Assembly: GCA_963845515.1 (NCBI GenBank)
Contig: CAWJSR010000002.1
Coordinates: forward strand, 96,001 to 160,000
DNA: 64,000 bases
Direction: 5' to 3'
DNA from: an uncultured delta proteobacterium
Lineage (GTDB): Bacteria; Myxococcota; Myxococcia; Myxococcales; Anaeromyxobacteraceae
How positions within the stretch are numbered: position 1 is the first letter of the stretch; every line of letters starts with the position of its first letter. Position numbers and translations under genes: made by a program. Shown in pieces: positions 1 through 12,684 of the stretch. The notes beneath the pieces were generated by a model that was not told where the DNA came from, did not search any database, and worked only from the letters and a program-made list of their open reading frames with translations.

Positions 1-544
1 TCACGGCGCGATTCGCGGGCAGGTAGACGACGGCGTCCGGCCGCTTGCGGCAGCCGTCCTCGTCGGTGCGGGAGAGCTGGAGGTCGAACTCGCGCCCCTC
101 GGTAAGCCCCGCGGTCTCGAGGACGCGCTCGAGGATGAGCTCCCCCCAGTCTCCCTGCGCCTTCGAGTCTCCGGTGAGGGCGCGCGCGAGGTTCCCGGCG
201 TCCTCGTGGAGGCGCGCCTGCGTCTCCTGGAGGAGCCTGAGCTGCTCCCGGAGCGCGGCGCGATCGCTCCGGTCGTCGCCGTAGACCTTCTCCACCTTCG
301 CCTCGAACGCCTTGAGCTTCTCGGCGACCGGATCCAGGAGGAAGCGCAGCCGCTCGTGGCTCCGGTCGAGCATGGCCTTCCCCCTCTCGTCGAGGAGCCG
401 GCCTGCGAGCAGCTCCACCTCGGCCCGGAGCCGGCCCTCGGCGCGCTCCCCCGACAGCTCGTCGCGGCGGCGCACCGCCAGCCCCACCCAGAGCCCGAGC
501 CCGAAGAAGACCACCGCCGCCGCGATCAGCCACCCGCCGTCCAT
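1..544 (-). CDS. rmuC: DNA recombination protein RmuC (5' part; runs off window edge)
   Basis: Manual translation from ATG at 544: N-terminal hydrophobic helix, coiled coil, then KAQGDWGELILERVLE...RPDAVVYLP, typical RmuC motifs; not in the ORF track because no stop lies in the window. Confidence 0.85.
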   Translation of the reverse strand, partial: MDGGWLIAAAVVFFGLGLWVGLAVRRRDELSGERAEGRLRAEVELLAGRLLDERGKAMLDRSHERLRFLLDPVAEKLKAFEAKVEKVYGDDRSDRAALREQLRLLQETQARLHEDAGNLARALTGDSKAQGDWGELILERVLETAGLTEGREFDLQLSRTDEDGCRKRPDAVVYLPANRAV

Positions 545-581
545 GCTCGCCTCGCGGAGGGGCGCGGGGCCTCCCGGCGCC

Positions 582-1325
582 CTACTCCGGCGAGGCGAAG
601 GTACCGCGCAGCTCCGTCAGCGTCGGCGCGCCGCGGCCCGAGAGCCAGGCGTCCGCCCTCGCCACCGCCTCCGCGTCGAGCTCGTGCAGCTCGCGCAGCA
701 GCTCGCGCGTCCGCATCCGCAGGCCGCGCAGGACCTCCAGCGCAGGGGACTGCGGATCGGTCACGAGCCGGTCCAGCCGCGCGGCGATGACGGCAGCGTC
801 GTGCCCCTCGACGTGGGCAGAGGCCGACGCCTGGGTGCCACGCCACTCCCAGACGCTGACCAGGAACCTGCGGAGCCGGTCGTACTCCGCACGCTTCTCC
901 GGGTGCTGGAAGCCGGCGACCGAGAGCGCCGCCTCGACCCGCTCGGTGTGGTCGAGGTCGCTCAGGAGGAAGAGCCGCACGCCCCCAGACTCGTCCGGCG
1001 CGGCTCCGACCCAGACCTGCCTGAAGGCGTCGGAGGGGCCGAAGCGGAACGAAGCCGGCTGCTTGTCGTTGATGATCGCGTCGTGCACCTCGGCGACTCC
1101 CGCGTCGTCTATCCGGCCCTCGGAGCTGGCGGCGATCGCGTGGAGCGCGTCGGGGACGTCGGCGATGTCGATCCGGTTGCGCCAGCCGTGCAGCGGCACG
1201 TTCGCGTCGAGCCAGCCATGCGTACGGTGGGGCCAGCGCGCGTGGGGCGTGGAGCCCTCGCCTCCGCCGGGGAGGAGAGTCTTGAGCCGATCGAGGATGC
1301 CTTTGGGCGGTGGAGTGTCGACCAT
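582..1325 (-). CDS. hypothetical protein
   Basis: ORF with host-like codon usage from MVDTPPPKG; no recognisable motif. Confidence 0.6.
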   Translation of the reverse strand: MVDTPPPKGILDRLKTLLPGGGEGSTPHARWPHRTHGWLDANVPLHGWRNRIDIADVPDALHAIAASSEGRIDDAGVAEVHDAIINDKQPASFRFGPSDAFRQVWVGAAPDESGGVRLFLLSDLDHTERVEAALSVAGFQHPEKRAEYDRLRRFLVSVWEWRGTQASASAHVEGHDAAVIAARLDRLVTDPQSPALEVLRGLRMRTRELLRELHELDAEAVARADAWLSGRGAPTLTELRGTFASPE

Positions 1326-1480
1326 GAAATGCGGACCATACCATCTCCGCGCAGGATATGCGCGCACGCTCGCGCGTTTCTTGCGGGACCACGCACCCCA
1401 TAAAGGGGGCTGCAGCCGAGAAACCGGGGTCCTCCCGCTGGCTTGCGGCATACCGCGCGGGAGGGTAAGAACCTGCCCCC

Positions 1481-2572
1481 ATGCTGTCCTCAGAGGTCCT
1501 CAAGAAGCTCGAGGCTATAGAGGTCCGGTTCGAGGAGCTCACGCACCTCCTCTCGGACCCCGGCGTCGCCTCAAACGGCGACCGGTACCGGAAGGTCTCG
1601 AAGGAGCGCGCCGGGCTCGAGGCGACCGTGAGCGCCCTTCGCGACTACCGGAAGCTCGTGAAGGACGTCGAGGAGAACAAGGCGCTGCTGGGCGAGAAGG
1701 ACGCCGACCTCCGCGAGATGGCCAAGGAGGAGCTGGCCGCGCTCGAGCCCCTGCTCCAGCCGGCCGAGGACCAGCTCAAGATCCTCCTCGTCCCTCGCGA
1801 CCCGAACGACGACAAGGACATCATCCTCGAGATCCGGGCCGGGGCCGGCGGCGACGAGGCGGGGCTCTTCGCGGCCGAGCTCCTCCGCGCCTACCTTCGC
1901 TACGCCGAGCGGCGCGGCTGGAAGTGCGAGGTGATGGACACGTCGGCCGGAGCGCTCGGCGGCGTGAAGGACGTGACGGTGACGATCTCCGGCGACGCGG
2001 TCTACTCGGCGCTCAAGTACGAGTCGGGCGTCCACCGCGTGCAGCGGGTGCCTGCCACGGAGGCGCAGGGGCGGATCCACACCTCGACCTGCACGGTGGC
2101 GGTGATGCCCGAGGCGGAGGAGGTCGACATCCAGATCAGCCCCTCCGATCTCGAGGTGGACGTCTTCCGCTCGACCGGCGCCGGCGGGCAGAGCGTCAAC
2201 ACGACCGACTCCGCCGTCCGGATGACGCACAAGCCGACCGGCGTCATCGTGAAGTGCCAGCAGGAGAAGAGCCAGCTCAAGAACCGCGCGATGGCGCTCA
2301 AGCTGATGCGGGCCAAGCTCTTCGAGCTGGAGATCGAGAGGCAGCGGAGCGCCCGCGACGCCACCCGGAAGAGCCAGGTCGGGACCGGCGACAGGTCCGA
2401 GAAGATCCGGACCTACAACTTCCCCCAGGACCGGCTCACCGATCACCGCGTCAACTACACGCGCCACAACCTGCCCGCCGTCATGGACGGCGACGTCCAG
2501 GACGTGATCGACGCGTGCCGCACCTTCTACGCCGCGCAGGCGCTCAAGGAAGCCGCGAGCGGGAACGCGTGA
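1481..2572 (+). CDS. prfA: peptide chain release factor 1
   Basis: GGQ motif ([15 protein letters not shown]), RF1-specific PAT tripeptide (VQRVPATE), [14 protein letters not shown]. Confidence 0.97.
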   Translation: MLSSEVLKKLEAIEVRFEELTHLLSDPGVASNGDRYRKVSKERAGLEATVSALRDYRKLVKDVEENKALLGEKDADLREMAKEELAALEPLLQPAEDQLKILLVPRDPNDDKDIILEIRAGAGGDEAGLFAAELLRAYLRYAERRGWKCEVMDTSAGALGGVKDVTVTISGDAVYSALKYESGVHRVQRVPATEAQGRIHTSTCTVAVMPEAEEVDIQISPSDLEVDVFRSTGAGGQSVNTTDSAVRMTHKPTGVIVKCQQEKSQLKNRAMALKLMRAKLFELEIERQRSARDATRKSQVGTGDRSEKIRTYNFPQDRLTDHRVNYTRHNLPAVMDGDVQDVIDACRTFYAAQALKEAASGNA

Positions 2573-2613
2573 TGCCCGGCCCCTCACGAGAGGGTCACAG
2601 CGTGGTCTCCACT

Positions 2614-2654
2614 CCTCTCCCCCGCTCCTGCGGGGGAGAGGTCAGGTGAGGGGG
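2614..2654. repeat. REP-like palindromic intergenic repeat
   Basis: cctctcccccgc-tcct-gcgggggagagg hairpin followed by ggtgagggg; same family at 13873, 48507 and 54347. Confidence 0.7.
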
Positions 2655-2661
2655 AGGCAGC

Positions 2662-3501
2662 ATGGCCGACACCTGGACCCCCCTCAAGCTCCTCGCCTGG
2701 TCGCAGGAGTGGTTCGCGAAGAAGGGCGTGGACGCGCCGCGGCTCACCGGCGAGCTGCTCCTCGCCCACGCGCTCCGCTGCGACAGGATCCGGCTCTACC
2801 TGGACTTCGACAAGCCGCTGGGAGAGCCCGAGCTGGCCGCCTTCCGCGAGCTGGTGAAGCGGCGCGCCGACGGCGAGCCGACGGCCTACCTCGTCGGCAA
2901 GCGCGAGTTCTACGGCCGGCCGTTCCGCGTGACGCCGGCGGTCCTCGTGCCGCGCCCGGAGACCGAGCTGGTGGTCGAGGCGGCCCTCGCCGCGCTCCCC
3001 GAGGGTGGCAGCGCGCTCGACCTCTGCACCGGATCGGGCGCCATCGGCGTCTCCCTCGCGCTGGAGAAGAAGGGGGCGCGCGTCGTGGCGACCGACCTGT
3101 CCGCCGGCGCGCTCGCCGTCGCCGGGGAGAACGCCGCCGCGCTGGGCGCGAGCGTAGACTTCGTCGAGGGCGATCTCTTTGCGCCGCTCGGCGCGGGCCA
3201 GCGCTTCGACGTGATCGTCTCGAACCCGCCCTACGTCCCCTCTGGCGAGCTCGCCGGCCTGTCGCGCGAGGTCCGGCGCGAGCCCACGATGGCGCTCGAC
3301 GGCGGCCCCGACGGCCTCGCGCTCCTGAGGCGCATCGCGGCCGAGGCGCCGCGCTGGCTCGCGCCCGGCGGGACGCTCGTGCTCGAGATGCACGAGTCGC
3401 ACGCGGAGCCGCTCCCGGTGATCTGCCGGGAGGCGGGCTTCGAGAAGGCGGAGGCGAGGAAGGACCTCGCGGGGCTCTGGCGGTACGTGGTCGCGAAGTG
3501 A
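2662..3501 (+). CDS. prmC: release factor N5-glutamine methyltransferase
   Basis: DLCTGSG SAM-binding motif, SNPPY, VLVPRPETE; directly downstream of prfA. Confidence 0.95.
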   Translation: MADTWTPLKLLAWSQEWFAKKGVDAPRLTGELLLAHALRCDRIRLYLDFDKPLGEPELAAFRELVKRRADGEPTAYLVGKREFYGRPFRVTPAVLVPRPETELVVEAALAALPEGGSALDLCTGSGAIGVSLALEKKGARVVATDLSAGALAVAGENAAALGASVDFVEGDLFAPLGAGQRFDVIVSNPPYVPSGELAGLSREVRREPTMALDGGPDGLALLRRIAAEAPRWLAPGGTLVLEMHESHAEPLPVICREAGFEKAEARKDLAGLWRYVVAK

Positions 3502-3543
3502 TGACGGGAGGGGCGAGCCGCCGAAGCGGCCCGCCCCAGGTCG

Positions 3544-6500
3544 TCAGAAGCCGGCCGCCCGCGGGTAGGCCCACGCGCCGTCGAACGAGACCGGCAGCTC
3601 CCAGGTCCCGTACCCGGTCACCTGGTACTCGCCGGGGGTCGCCGTGGGCGAAACGGACGGGCTGCCATTCCAGCTGGCGAAGTCCGTCACGTCGAACTGC
3701 GAGCCGTCCGAGTAGGTCGCGATCGCCGCGAACGGCCCCAGGATGGAGCCGAGCGGCCCGACGTCGAACGCCGGGTCGACCTCGAGCGCCCAGAGCATCG
3801 CGTCGTTCACGCCGACCTCGACGGAGGCGGTGAGGCCGTCGACGGCCGCCGTGATGGTGGTGAAGCCCGGGGCCATCCCGGTGACGAGGCCGCGGGAGCC
3901 CGCCACGTTCGAGACGGTCGCGGCCGCGGAGTTGCTGGACGTCCAGGTCACCGACTCGGACGCGTTCCAGGGGAAGCCCACGGAGTCGAACCCCATGGCC
4001 TGGACGCGCAGGGGGAAGCCGACCGGGATCGAGGAGGGACCGTCGTAACCTGCCCGGAGCGCCAGGTAGGGCCGGGTGTCGACGGTGACGGGCATCACGG
4101 CGCTCTCGGCGTGGTAGCTCGCTGTGAGGGTCGTGCTCCCCGGGCCGACGGCATTCACTATCCGTTCGCCTCTCCGCGTGAAGCCGCCCAGCTCCACGAT
4201 GCCGGGGGCGGCGGGGAAGATGGTCGCGAAGGCGGTGACGTTGCGCTCGCGCCCATCGGAGTAGCGTCCGCTGAGACGAACCGTCCCCATGTCGCCCATC
4301 TCGGCGCTCCCGCTGGTGGCGCCGAGGTGCGTGAAGAGGACGGAGCTCTCGAAGGAGAGCCCCTCTAGCACCGCGGCGCTGACGTTGACGTCGGCGCTGG
4401 CGGTCGCGCCGCCGAAGTCGGCCTTGATGCTGGCGCTGCCGGGCCCGACCATCGAGGCGAGCCCCCTCGTGCCCGGGTCGTCGGAGACGGAGACGATCCC
4501 GGGGACCGTGGCCGACCAGATCGCCTGATCGGTCACGTCATGGACCCGCCCGTTGTCGTAGCGGGCGCACGCGAAGTACTGGATGTCGAAGCCGGACGGG
4601 ACGTACGGAACGCGCCACATCTCCTGTGAGCAGGGCTGGCGCCACTCCGCCTCGTATTCCTCGAGGTAGTCTAGGAAGACGCCGTTCAGCGCGGGGTTGT
4701 AAACCGTCACCGTCGCCGCGAACGTCCCCCAGGTCGGGTGGGTCGCACGGATGGTCGTGGTGGCGGGGAGCGGGTTCGGGGCGTGATAGCCAGTCACGAC
4801 CCCCTTCTGCCCCGGGAGGTCGCTCACGGACGCGATGCTGGGATCGTCGCTGGTCCACGTCGCCGTCGACGTCAGGTCCAGGTTGCACCCGAGCGTGCAG
4901 TAGGGATCGTCGCGGAGCAGCCGCAGGACGGACTTCCCTCCGACCTTCACCATGGAAGGGTTCGGCGTGACATAGAGGGGGCCGAGAGGCGCGGGGGGCG
5001 TGTAGACGTTGACCCAGACGCTCCTGACGTGCCCGCCATAGGACGCGACGATGTTCGCCCCCAGGCCGCCGTAGGACCCGGTCACGAGCCCCTTCGAGCC
5101 AGGCAGGTTCGAGACGTCGGCGACCGAGGTGTCTTCCGACATCCAGTCGGCGTCCTCCGTCACGTCGGACAAGGATCCGTCGCTCATCTGCGCACGCGCC
5201 CAGAACTGCGTCTCGACCCCCTCGAGGACCTCGAACCTCACGGCCTCGATCCAGATGTCCAACACCGTCGGTGCGGTGACCGTCAGGTCGGCGAAGCCGA
5301 TCGCGTCGCCCAGGGCCGCGTACGCCTGCGTCAGCCCCTCCCCGCTCGCGTAGAAGGATCCCGACGTCGATCCTTCATTGTTGAAGTACGCCACCGACGA
5401 GTCGATCGTGCCCCAGATGGCGAAGGGGGTCACGTCGATCACGCTGGTGTCCTGCAGCGTCGCCCACGCCGTGAGGTAGATCCCCGACCCCCTCGGAGCC
5501 GAGACGTAGCCCGGGGTGAGCGCGATCGACTCCACCGGGCTGGAGAAGACGGACACCGTGCTCCACCCCTGCAACCCCATGAACTCCGCGCGGACGCTCG
5601 ACGAGCCCGGCCCCACCGCGCGGACGGTCCCCGGCACGGACGTCGAATCGACCTCCACGGCCAGGCCGTTGGTGCCGCTCCAGCTGGCGAAGTCGGTCAC
5701 GTCCCAGGAGCCCAAGCCCAGGTAGTTCGCCTGGGCCCTGAGCCGCCCCGAGCCGCCGAGCGGGGCGTTCACGAGGCCGGGGGAGACGGAGAGGGAGTCA
5801 GGGAAGGTATCGGCCACCTGGATCTGGATCCAGTTGCAGCGGTTGACATAGGCTCCGCCCAGCCGAAGGTCGACATTCGCCCAGCCATAGGCCTGGCCGG
5901 TGATCGTCCCGACCGGATCCACCGGCAGGAAGTCCGCGATCGCGGGATCCCAGGACACCCAGTCCAGCTGGTCCGTGACGTCGATCTTCGCCCCGTCCTG
6001 GCCCCTCATGGTCGCGCGGAGCTGGAGCTTGGCGCCCACCGGCACTGGCGGGGGGTACGGCGTCTCGACGCAGTCCCCAGGCACGATGGTCACTGGCACG
6101 GTCACGGTAGGCCAGTCCCCGTAGGCCGCCGTGACGTTGACCGTCCCGAGCTTCAGCGGCTCCACGTAGCCCTCCCAGTCGACCGTCGCCGTCGACGGGT
6201 CGAGGCTGTTCCAGATCGTGGCCGACCCGACCTCGTAGGAGCTGCCGTCCGAGTACTCCACGATGGCCGTGACGCGGTCCCCCCACGGGAAGTAGACGGT
6301 GGGATTGGACGGCCAGACGGAGAACCCGGTCGCCACCGCGCCGTTGACGATCACGGCCGCAGACCCGGTCATCCCCCCGTAGGCGATGGAGACGAGCGCC
6401 GAGCCGTAGCCGACGCCCGTGAGCACCCCGCCCTGCGTGCCGTTCCCGACCGTCACCACGGTCTCGTCCGAGGACGACCAGGTCGCGGTCGCCGTGATGT

Positions 6501-9500
6501 CGACGAAGGTCCAGTCGTCGAGGAGCGCGATCGCCCTCATCGGCGCGGGCGCCGTGCCGAACGGGACGTTCATCGCCTCGGGGAACGGGACGATCAGGAT
6601 CTCGACCGGCTCGTGCACGGTGACCGGTAGCGATCCAGTGACGCCACCGAAGGCCGCCGACAGCGTGGCGGACCCGGGCGTCGCGGCGACGCCGCGTCCG
6701 CGCGTCGCCGCCTCATTGGAGACGGACACCACGGTGGGGTTGTTGCTGCTCCAGGTCGCGAGGAACGTCAGATCGACCATGCGGCCGTCCGAGTAGGTGC
6801 CCGTCGCCATCGCCTGGAAGGGATCGGGCGACGCCGCCAGCGACGGCAGGAGCCAGGGCGGCTGGTTCTCCGAGGTGGCGCGCAGCTCGATCTCGATCTT
6901 CACGACGGCCACCGGACCGACCGTCACGCCGCAGCTGGCCCCGTAGCCGAAACCGGGCAGAGTCGCCGTGACCGCCGCCGTCCCCTGCGCGACCGCCCGG
7001 AGCATTCCCTTGTCCGCCGGCCCGGCCCCCACGGTCACGATGGCGGGGGTCGAAGGCGTGACGATGAAGGTCGCGGCGCTCGTGCGATCCTGCGTCGTGC
7101 CGTCGGTGTACGTGGCTGTCACCGTGAACTGCTGATGACCGCCGACGGGGATGGAGAGGGACGACGGCGAGAGCTCGATGGAGGCGAGCGCCGCAGGACC
7201 CGCAGTGATCGCCGCCGTTCCCGACTTGCCACCGAACGTCGCCGTGAGGGTCGCCGTCCCGCTCGTCCCCTCCGCCTTCGCGAGCCCGCCGGCGGTCACC
7301 GACGCGATCGCGCCGCTGCTCGTCGTCCAGGTCGCGGTCGACGTCACGTTGGTGGTCGTGGCGTCCGAGTAGGTCGCCGTTGCCGTCAGCTGCTGCGTCG
7401 ACCCCTTCGGCAGCGTGGTCGCTGAAGGCGTCACCGCCACGGACGTCACGACCGGCCCGGTCACCGTGACCACCGTGCTGCCGCTCTGCCCGCCCAGGGT
7501 GGCCGTGACGTCGACCGGGCCGCCCGCGCCGGCCCCTGTGACGACACCCCTCGTTCCGGAGCTGGTGACCGTCGCGACGGCGGCGTTGGCCGTCGTCCAG
7601 GTCGCGGTCTGCGTCACGTTGCCGGTCGTCGCGTCTGTGTAGGTCGCCGTCGCGGTCAGCTGCTGCGTCGTGCCCTTCGCGAGGGAGACGGTCGACGGGC
7701 GTCACCGCGATCGACGCCACCAACGGCGCGGCCGCAGTCACCGTCGCGGTGCCGGTCCTGCCGCTGAGCACGGCCGAGATGGTCGCGCTGCCGGACGGGG
7801 CCACGGCCGTCACGAGCCCCTTCGTCCCTGCCGCGTCGGAGACGGTCGCAATCCCTGCCGCGTTGCTCGACCAGGTCGCGTTGGCCGTGACGTTCTGCGT
7901 CCCGCCTCCAGTGAGGGTGGCGGTCGCCGCCAGCTGCACCGTCGTGCCGCTCGGCACCGACGACGTGGACGGCGTCACGGCGATCGACGCGATGGTCCTC
8001 ACCGTCACGACTCTGATCCCGACCTGCCCGCCGAAGGTGGCGCTGATGGAGGCGGTCGCCGGACCTGAGACGCCCGTGACGAGCCCCTTGCGAGCCGAAG
8101 TCGTCGACGATGGCGACGCTCGCGGTGCCGCTGGACCAGGTCGCGAGGCTGGTGACGTCCTGCGTGGTGGTGTCGGTGTAGGTCGCCGTCGCGGTGAGCT
8201 GCACCGTCGCGCCGACGCCGGTCTCAGGGGAAGCGGGCGTGATCGCGATCGACTCCACGGAGGCCGAGGACACCGTCACGGTCGCCGTGCCGCTGCGGCC
8301 GCCGAAGGTCGCGGTGATGGTGACAGCAGTCCCGGACTCGGAGAGGGCGGTGACCCTGCCCTTGCTCGATCCCGTGTTCGAGACGGTCGCGACGCCAGGA
8401 GCGCTGCTCTGCCAGCTCGTCGTCGAGTCAGTCGTCACGATCGCCGTCGTGGCATCGCTGTAATGCGCCGTGGCGACGAGGTTGAGGACCTCGCCCACCG
8501 AGAGCGCGTTGGTCACCGGCGTCACCTCGATGGAGGCCACGGACTTCGCCGCCGCCGTGATGACGGCGGTCCCGGACTTGCTGCCCAGGGTCGCCGTGAT
8601 CGTCGTCGTTCCGCTGATCGCCACGCCGGTCACGAGCCCCGCCGACGAGACCGTCGCGACCGAAGGGTTGCTCGTCGTCCACGTCGCGGACGACGTGACG
8701 ACCGACGTCGTCGCGTCGGTGTAGGTCGCCGTCGCCACCAGCTGCTGCGTCGCCCCGTTCGCCACGGTCGCCGACGGGGGCGTCACCGCGATCGAGGCCA
8801 CCACCGCTGGCGCCGCCGTGACCGTGGCGCTCCCCGTCTTCCCGGCGAGGGCCGCCGAGATCGTCGCCGACCCGCTCGCGGCCGCCGCCGTCACGAGCCC
8901 CGCCGTCGAGACCGACGCCACGCCCGCGGCGCTGGTCGTCCACGTCGCCGACGCCGTCACGTTCGCCGTCGTCGCGTCGGTGTAGGTGGCCGTCGCCACG
9001 AGCTGCTGCGTCGCGCCCTTCGCGACGGTCGCCGTCGCCGGGGTCACCGCGATCGACGCCACCGCAGCAGGGGCCGCGGTGACGGTCGCCGTGCCGCTCT
9101 GGCCGCCGAAGGTCGCCGTGATGATCGCCGTCCCGCTCGCAGCGACCCCCGCCACGCTCCCCTTCGATCCGGGGTAGTCGGAGACCGTGGCCACCGCCGC
9201 AGTGCCGCTCGTCCAGGAGGCCTGCTCCGTGACGTCGTCCGTCGACGAGTCGCTGAAGGTAGCGGTCGCCGTCAGCTGCGCCGTCGCCCCCTTCGCGACC
9301 GTGGGCGTCGACGGGGTGACGGCGATCGAGGTCAAGGTCACGGTCGCTGAGGGCACGGTGACGGTCGCGGTGCCGCTCTTGGTGGCGTAGGTCGCCGTGA
9401 TCGTCGTCTGCCCCGCAGCGACCGGCGTCACCAGCCCGGACGCGGAGACGGTCGCCTTCGACGGGTCGCTCGAGCTCCACGTCGCCGCGGACGACACGTC

Positions 9501-10223
9501 GGTCATCTGGGAGCCGCTGTCGAAGGCGACCGCCGTCAGCTGCTGCGGCGAGCCCATCAGGACGGTCGGCGACGAAGGCGTCACGACGACGGACGTCACC
9601 GCCGGCACCGTCACCGTCACGGCGAGCGAGCCGCTCTGCGTGCCGAACGTCGCGGTGAAGGTCACCGGTCCGCCGGCCGCCACCCCCGTCACGAGTCCGC
9701 CTGTGGAGACGGACGCGACGTCGGCGTCGCTCGTCGTCCAGGTCGCGGTCGCCGTCACGTTCGCCGTAGTGGCGTCGGTGTAGGTCGCGGTCGCGGTGAG
9801 CTGCAGCGTCGTCCCCCGCACCACGGTGCCGGTGGCCGCCGTCACGGCGACGGACGCCAGCTCGGCCGCGGCCGCCGTGACCGACGACGTCGCCGTCTTG
9901 CCCTGGAAGGTCGCCGTGATGGTCGCGGACCCCGAGGCCGCGGCCGCCGTCACGAGCCCCTTCGTCCCCGGCGCGGAGGAGACCGTCGCGACGCCGGCGG
10001 CGCTGGAGGTCCAGGCCGCCTGCGCCGTCACGTCCCCCGTCGAGCCGTCGGCGTAGGTCGCGGTCGCGGCGAGCTGCCGCGTCGCCCCCTGAGGCACGGT
10101 CGCCGTCGCCGGCGTCACTGCGATGGAGGAGACGATCTTGATCGGCTCGACGCCGTCCGGATCGATCATGAGGCTGCAGCCCGTCGCGGCGAGGAGCGCG
10201 AGGGAGACGAGGACGTTGCGCAT
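3544..10223 (-). CDS. giant Ig-like (Big_2-type) repeat lipoprotein/adhesin, ~2200 aa, with two apparent frameshifts (~8090, ~7695)
   Basis: Lipobox MRNVLVSLALLAATGC; about 20 tandem ~90-aa repeats (SIAVTP...QLxATATYxD...VT..ATW.SS...VATVS..G.V.G...ITAT.GG..G...VTV) continuing across three reading frames. Confidence 0.85.
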
Positions 10224-10225
10224 GT

Positions 10226-11155
10226 TCAGAAACCCCCAGCCAGGACGACGAAGGCGCCAGACGACGTGGGCGCGATACCGATGGAGACCGCCGGGGCGGA
10301 CTCGGCCGCGGCTGGATTGCTGAAGACGAGCCAGGCGCCTACTCCGACGCCGACCGCGCCGACGCCGTAGAGGACGTCGGCGATCAGCGCCCGGCTCTTC
10401 GCCGTGTCGCGCTTGCTCTCGAACGTGGGGATGTCGCCCGCCGCCGCGGCCGCCTTCTCGTCGTCGTACGCCGACTTGGCCGAGAGGCCGGACACGGCCC
10501 CGCCGAGGATCGCCACCAGCCCAGCGCCACCCACCGCGTACCCCCAGGTCTTTCGCGGGGAGCGGCTGGGGCTGGCGGGCACTGGCTCGGGCACGGGCAC
10601 GGCGTCGGGCGGCGGAGAGGGCGCGATGAACGTCGGGGGCGGCGGCTGGCCGGCTGGACCGGTCAGGACGATCGGGTCGAGGAGGCGGTGGAGCGCCCGC
10701 TGGACCGACGCGACGAGCTTCTCCTCGCGCCCCTCCACCGACTCGCCGGTGCGGGCGCGGACGCGCCCCTTGGACGTCTCGACGAGCTTCATGTCCAGGC
10801 GGTAGAGCCCACCGATCCGGCCGAGCGAGCCCACGATGACGTACTCGACCCCGAGGGCGCCGCCGATCTCGGCGACGCAGCTCGCCTCCTCGGTGCAGCC
10901 GAGCATCTGCTTCTGCTTCTCGAAGCCGAGCATCGAGTCGATGTCGGACCGGCCGATCACGTCGACCCTGTCCATCGCGCCGGCCTCGGTGAGCGCCACC
11001 TCGGAGAGGAGGTCGGTCAGGTGGGTGTCCGCGCCGAGCGCGCGGATCTCCATTACCGCGACCTTCACCTTCTTGCGGGCTCCGTCTGCGGCACGCGCTG
11101 GGCCTGCGGTCGCGACGGCGAGCGCTGCGACGACGACTGCGATTCTGGTTGGCAA
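10226..11155 (-). CDS. exported protein with N-terminal alpha/beta domain, Pro linker and C-terminal hydrophobic segments; partner of the downstream lipoprotein
   Basis: TTG start with GGAGGGG RBS, signal peptide ending ARA, VAVMEI...C..EASC.AEIGGALGV.Y...GSLG..G..Y.L...L pattern, C-terminal aromatic residue (GGF); stop 2 nt before the adhesin start. Confidence 0.65.
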   Translation of the reverse strand: MPTRIAVVVAALAVATAGPARAADGARKKVKVAVMEIRALGADTHLTDLLSEVALTEAGAMDRVDVIGRSDIDSMLGFEKQKQMLGCTEEASCVAEIGGALGVEYVIVGSLGRIGGLYRLDMKLVETSKGRVRARTGESVEGREEKLVASVQRALHRLLDPIVLTGPAGQPPPPTFIAPSPPPDAVPVPEPVPASPSRSPRKTWGYAVGGAGLVAILGGAVSGLSAKSAYDDEKAAAAAGDIPTFESKRDTAKSRALIADVLYGVGAVGVGVGAWLVFSNPAAAESAPAVSIGIAPTSSGAFVVLAGGF

Positions 11156-11418
11156 GGTTCCCCTCCGAGCGCGACAGCATAGCCGAGCCGCGTGCCGCGA
11201 CGGAATGCCACGACGTGCCGATCTGCGCGCCCGGTCGCCGTCACGTACCGTGAGCAAGGGACGCAGGCCGGGCGGCGGGCCGGCGATGCGCGTGGGCCGC
11301 TCCCCCTTACGAGGCCGGGTCCCACGCCGTGACCGCCTGGCGGTGCCGGCGGGGCTCGCCGTGGCGCCCCGCTGGCGCGCGACGTAGAATGCGCCGCCTC
11401 GAAGGGACCCCAAGGACA

Positions 11419-12684
11419 ATGGACAAGATCGTAATCGAAGGCGGCGTGCCGCTCCGCGGCAACGTCGCGGTCTCGGGGGCCAAGAACGCCGCCCTCCCCA
11501 CCCTCGCCGCCGCGCTCCTCGCCGAGGGCGATCACGTCGTGCGGAACGTCCCGAACCTCGCCGACGTGCGCACCATGGGGCGGCTCCTCGGCTCGATGGA
11601 GTGCGCGTTCGAGCGCGACCCCGCCGGCCACGTCGCGCGGATCCGGGTCCCGGCGGCGATCACCCCCGAGGCCCCCTACGAGCTGGTGAAGACCATGCGC
11701 GCGAGCGTCGTGGTGCTCGGCCCGCTCGTGGCGAGGTGGGGCAAGGCCCACGTCTCGCTCCCCGGTGGCTGCGCCATCGGCGCCCGGCCGATCGATCAGC
11801 ACCTGAAGGGGCTCGCGGCGCTCGGCGCGAAGATCTCGATGGAGCACGGCTACGTCGACGTCGAGGCCCCGGGCGGCCGCCTGAAGGGGGCCGTCTTCAC
11901 CTTCGACCTGCAGACCGTCACGGGGACCGAGAACATCATGATGGCGGCCGCGCTCGCCGACGGCCTGACCGTCCTACGCAACTGCGCCCGCGAGCCGGAG
12001 GTCGTCGACCTCGCGCACGCGCTCAACCGGATGGGGGCGCGGATCACGGGGGCCGGCACGGACGAGATCCGGATCGAAGGCGTGACGTCGCTCCGGCCGC
12101 TCGATCACGACGTGATCCCCGACCGGATCGAGGCGGGGACGTTCCTCGTCGCCGGGGCGCTCCCGGGCAACGACGTCACCGTCCAGGGCTGCGTCGCCGA
12201 CCACCTCGAGGCGCTCATCGAGAAGCTCAGGGCGGTCGGCGCGAGCGTGCAGGAGGTCGCCGGTGGCGTCCGCGTGACCGGCGACGGGCGCCCGCGCCCC
12301 ACCGACATCCGCACGCAGCCGCACCCGGGCTTCCCGACCGACATGCAGGCGCAGATGATGGTGCTGCTCTGCCTGGCCGAGGGCTCCTCCCGCATCACGG
12401 AGACGGTCTTCGAGAACCGCTACATGCACGTGCAGGAGCTGCAGCGGCTCGGCGCCGACATCACGGTGGACGGCAAGACCGCGATCGTCCGCGGGGCCCC
12501 CGCGCTCTCCGGCGCGCCGGTGATGGCCAGCGACCTGCGCGCGTCGGCCGCCCTCGTCCTCGCGGGACTCGCCGCGCAGGGGTCGACCGAGGTACACCGC
12601 GTCTACCACCTCGATCGCGGCTACGAGCGGATCGAGGCCAAGCTCGCCCCCCTGGGGGCTCGCATAACGAGGGTGAAGACGTGA
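11419..12684 (+). CDS. murA: UDP-N-acetylglucosamine 1-carboxyvinyltransferase
   Basis: [24 protein letters not shown] (catalytic Cys), [17 protein letters not shown]. Confidence 0.97.
   Translation: MDKIVIEGGVPLRGNVAVSGAKNAALPTLAAALLAEGDHVVRNVPNLADVRTMGRLLGSMECAFERDPAGHVARIRVPAAITPEAPYELVKTMRASVVVLGPLVARWGKAHVSLPGGCAIGARPIDQHLKGLAALGAKISMEHGYVDVEAPGGRLKGAVFTFDLQTVTGTENIMMAAALADGLTVLRNCAREPEVVDLAHALNRMGARITGAGTDEIRIEGVTSLRPLDHDVIPDRIEAGTFLVAGALPGNDVTVQGCVADHLEALIEKLRAVGASVQEVAGGVRVTGDGRPRPTDIRTQPHPGFPTDMQAQMMVLLCLAEGSSRITETVFENRYMHVQELQRLGADITVDGKTAIVRGAPALSGAPVMASDLRASAALVLAGLAAQGSTEVHRVYHLDRGYERIEAKLAPLGARITRVKT

Noticed and set aside
6900..10130. Tandem DNA repeats as a CRISPR array
   Set aside because: Repeats are ~270 bp, in-frame and degenerate at third codon positions: protein Ig-domain repeats with no spacers or cas genes.
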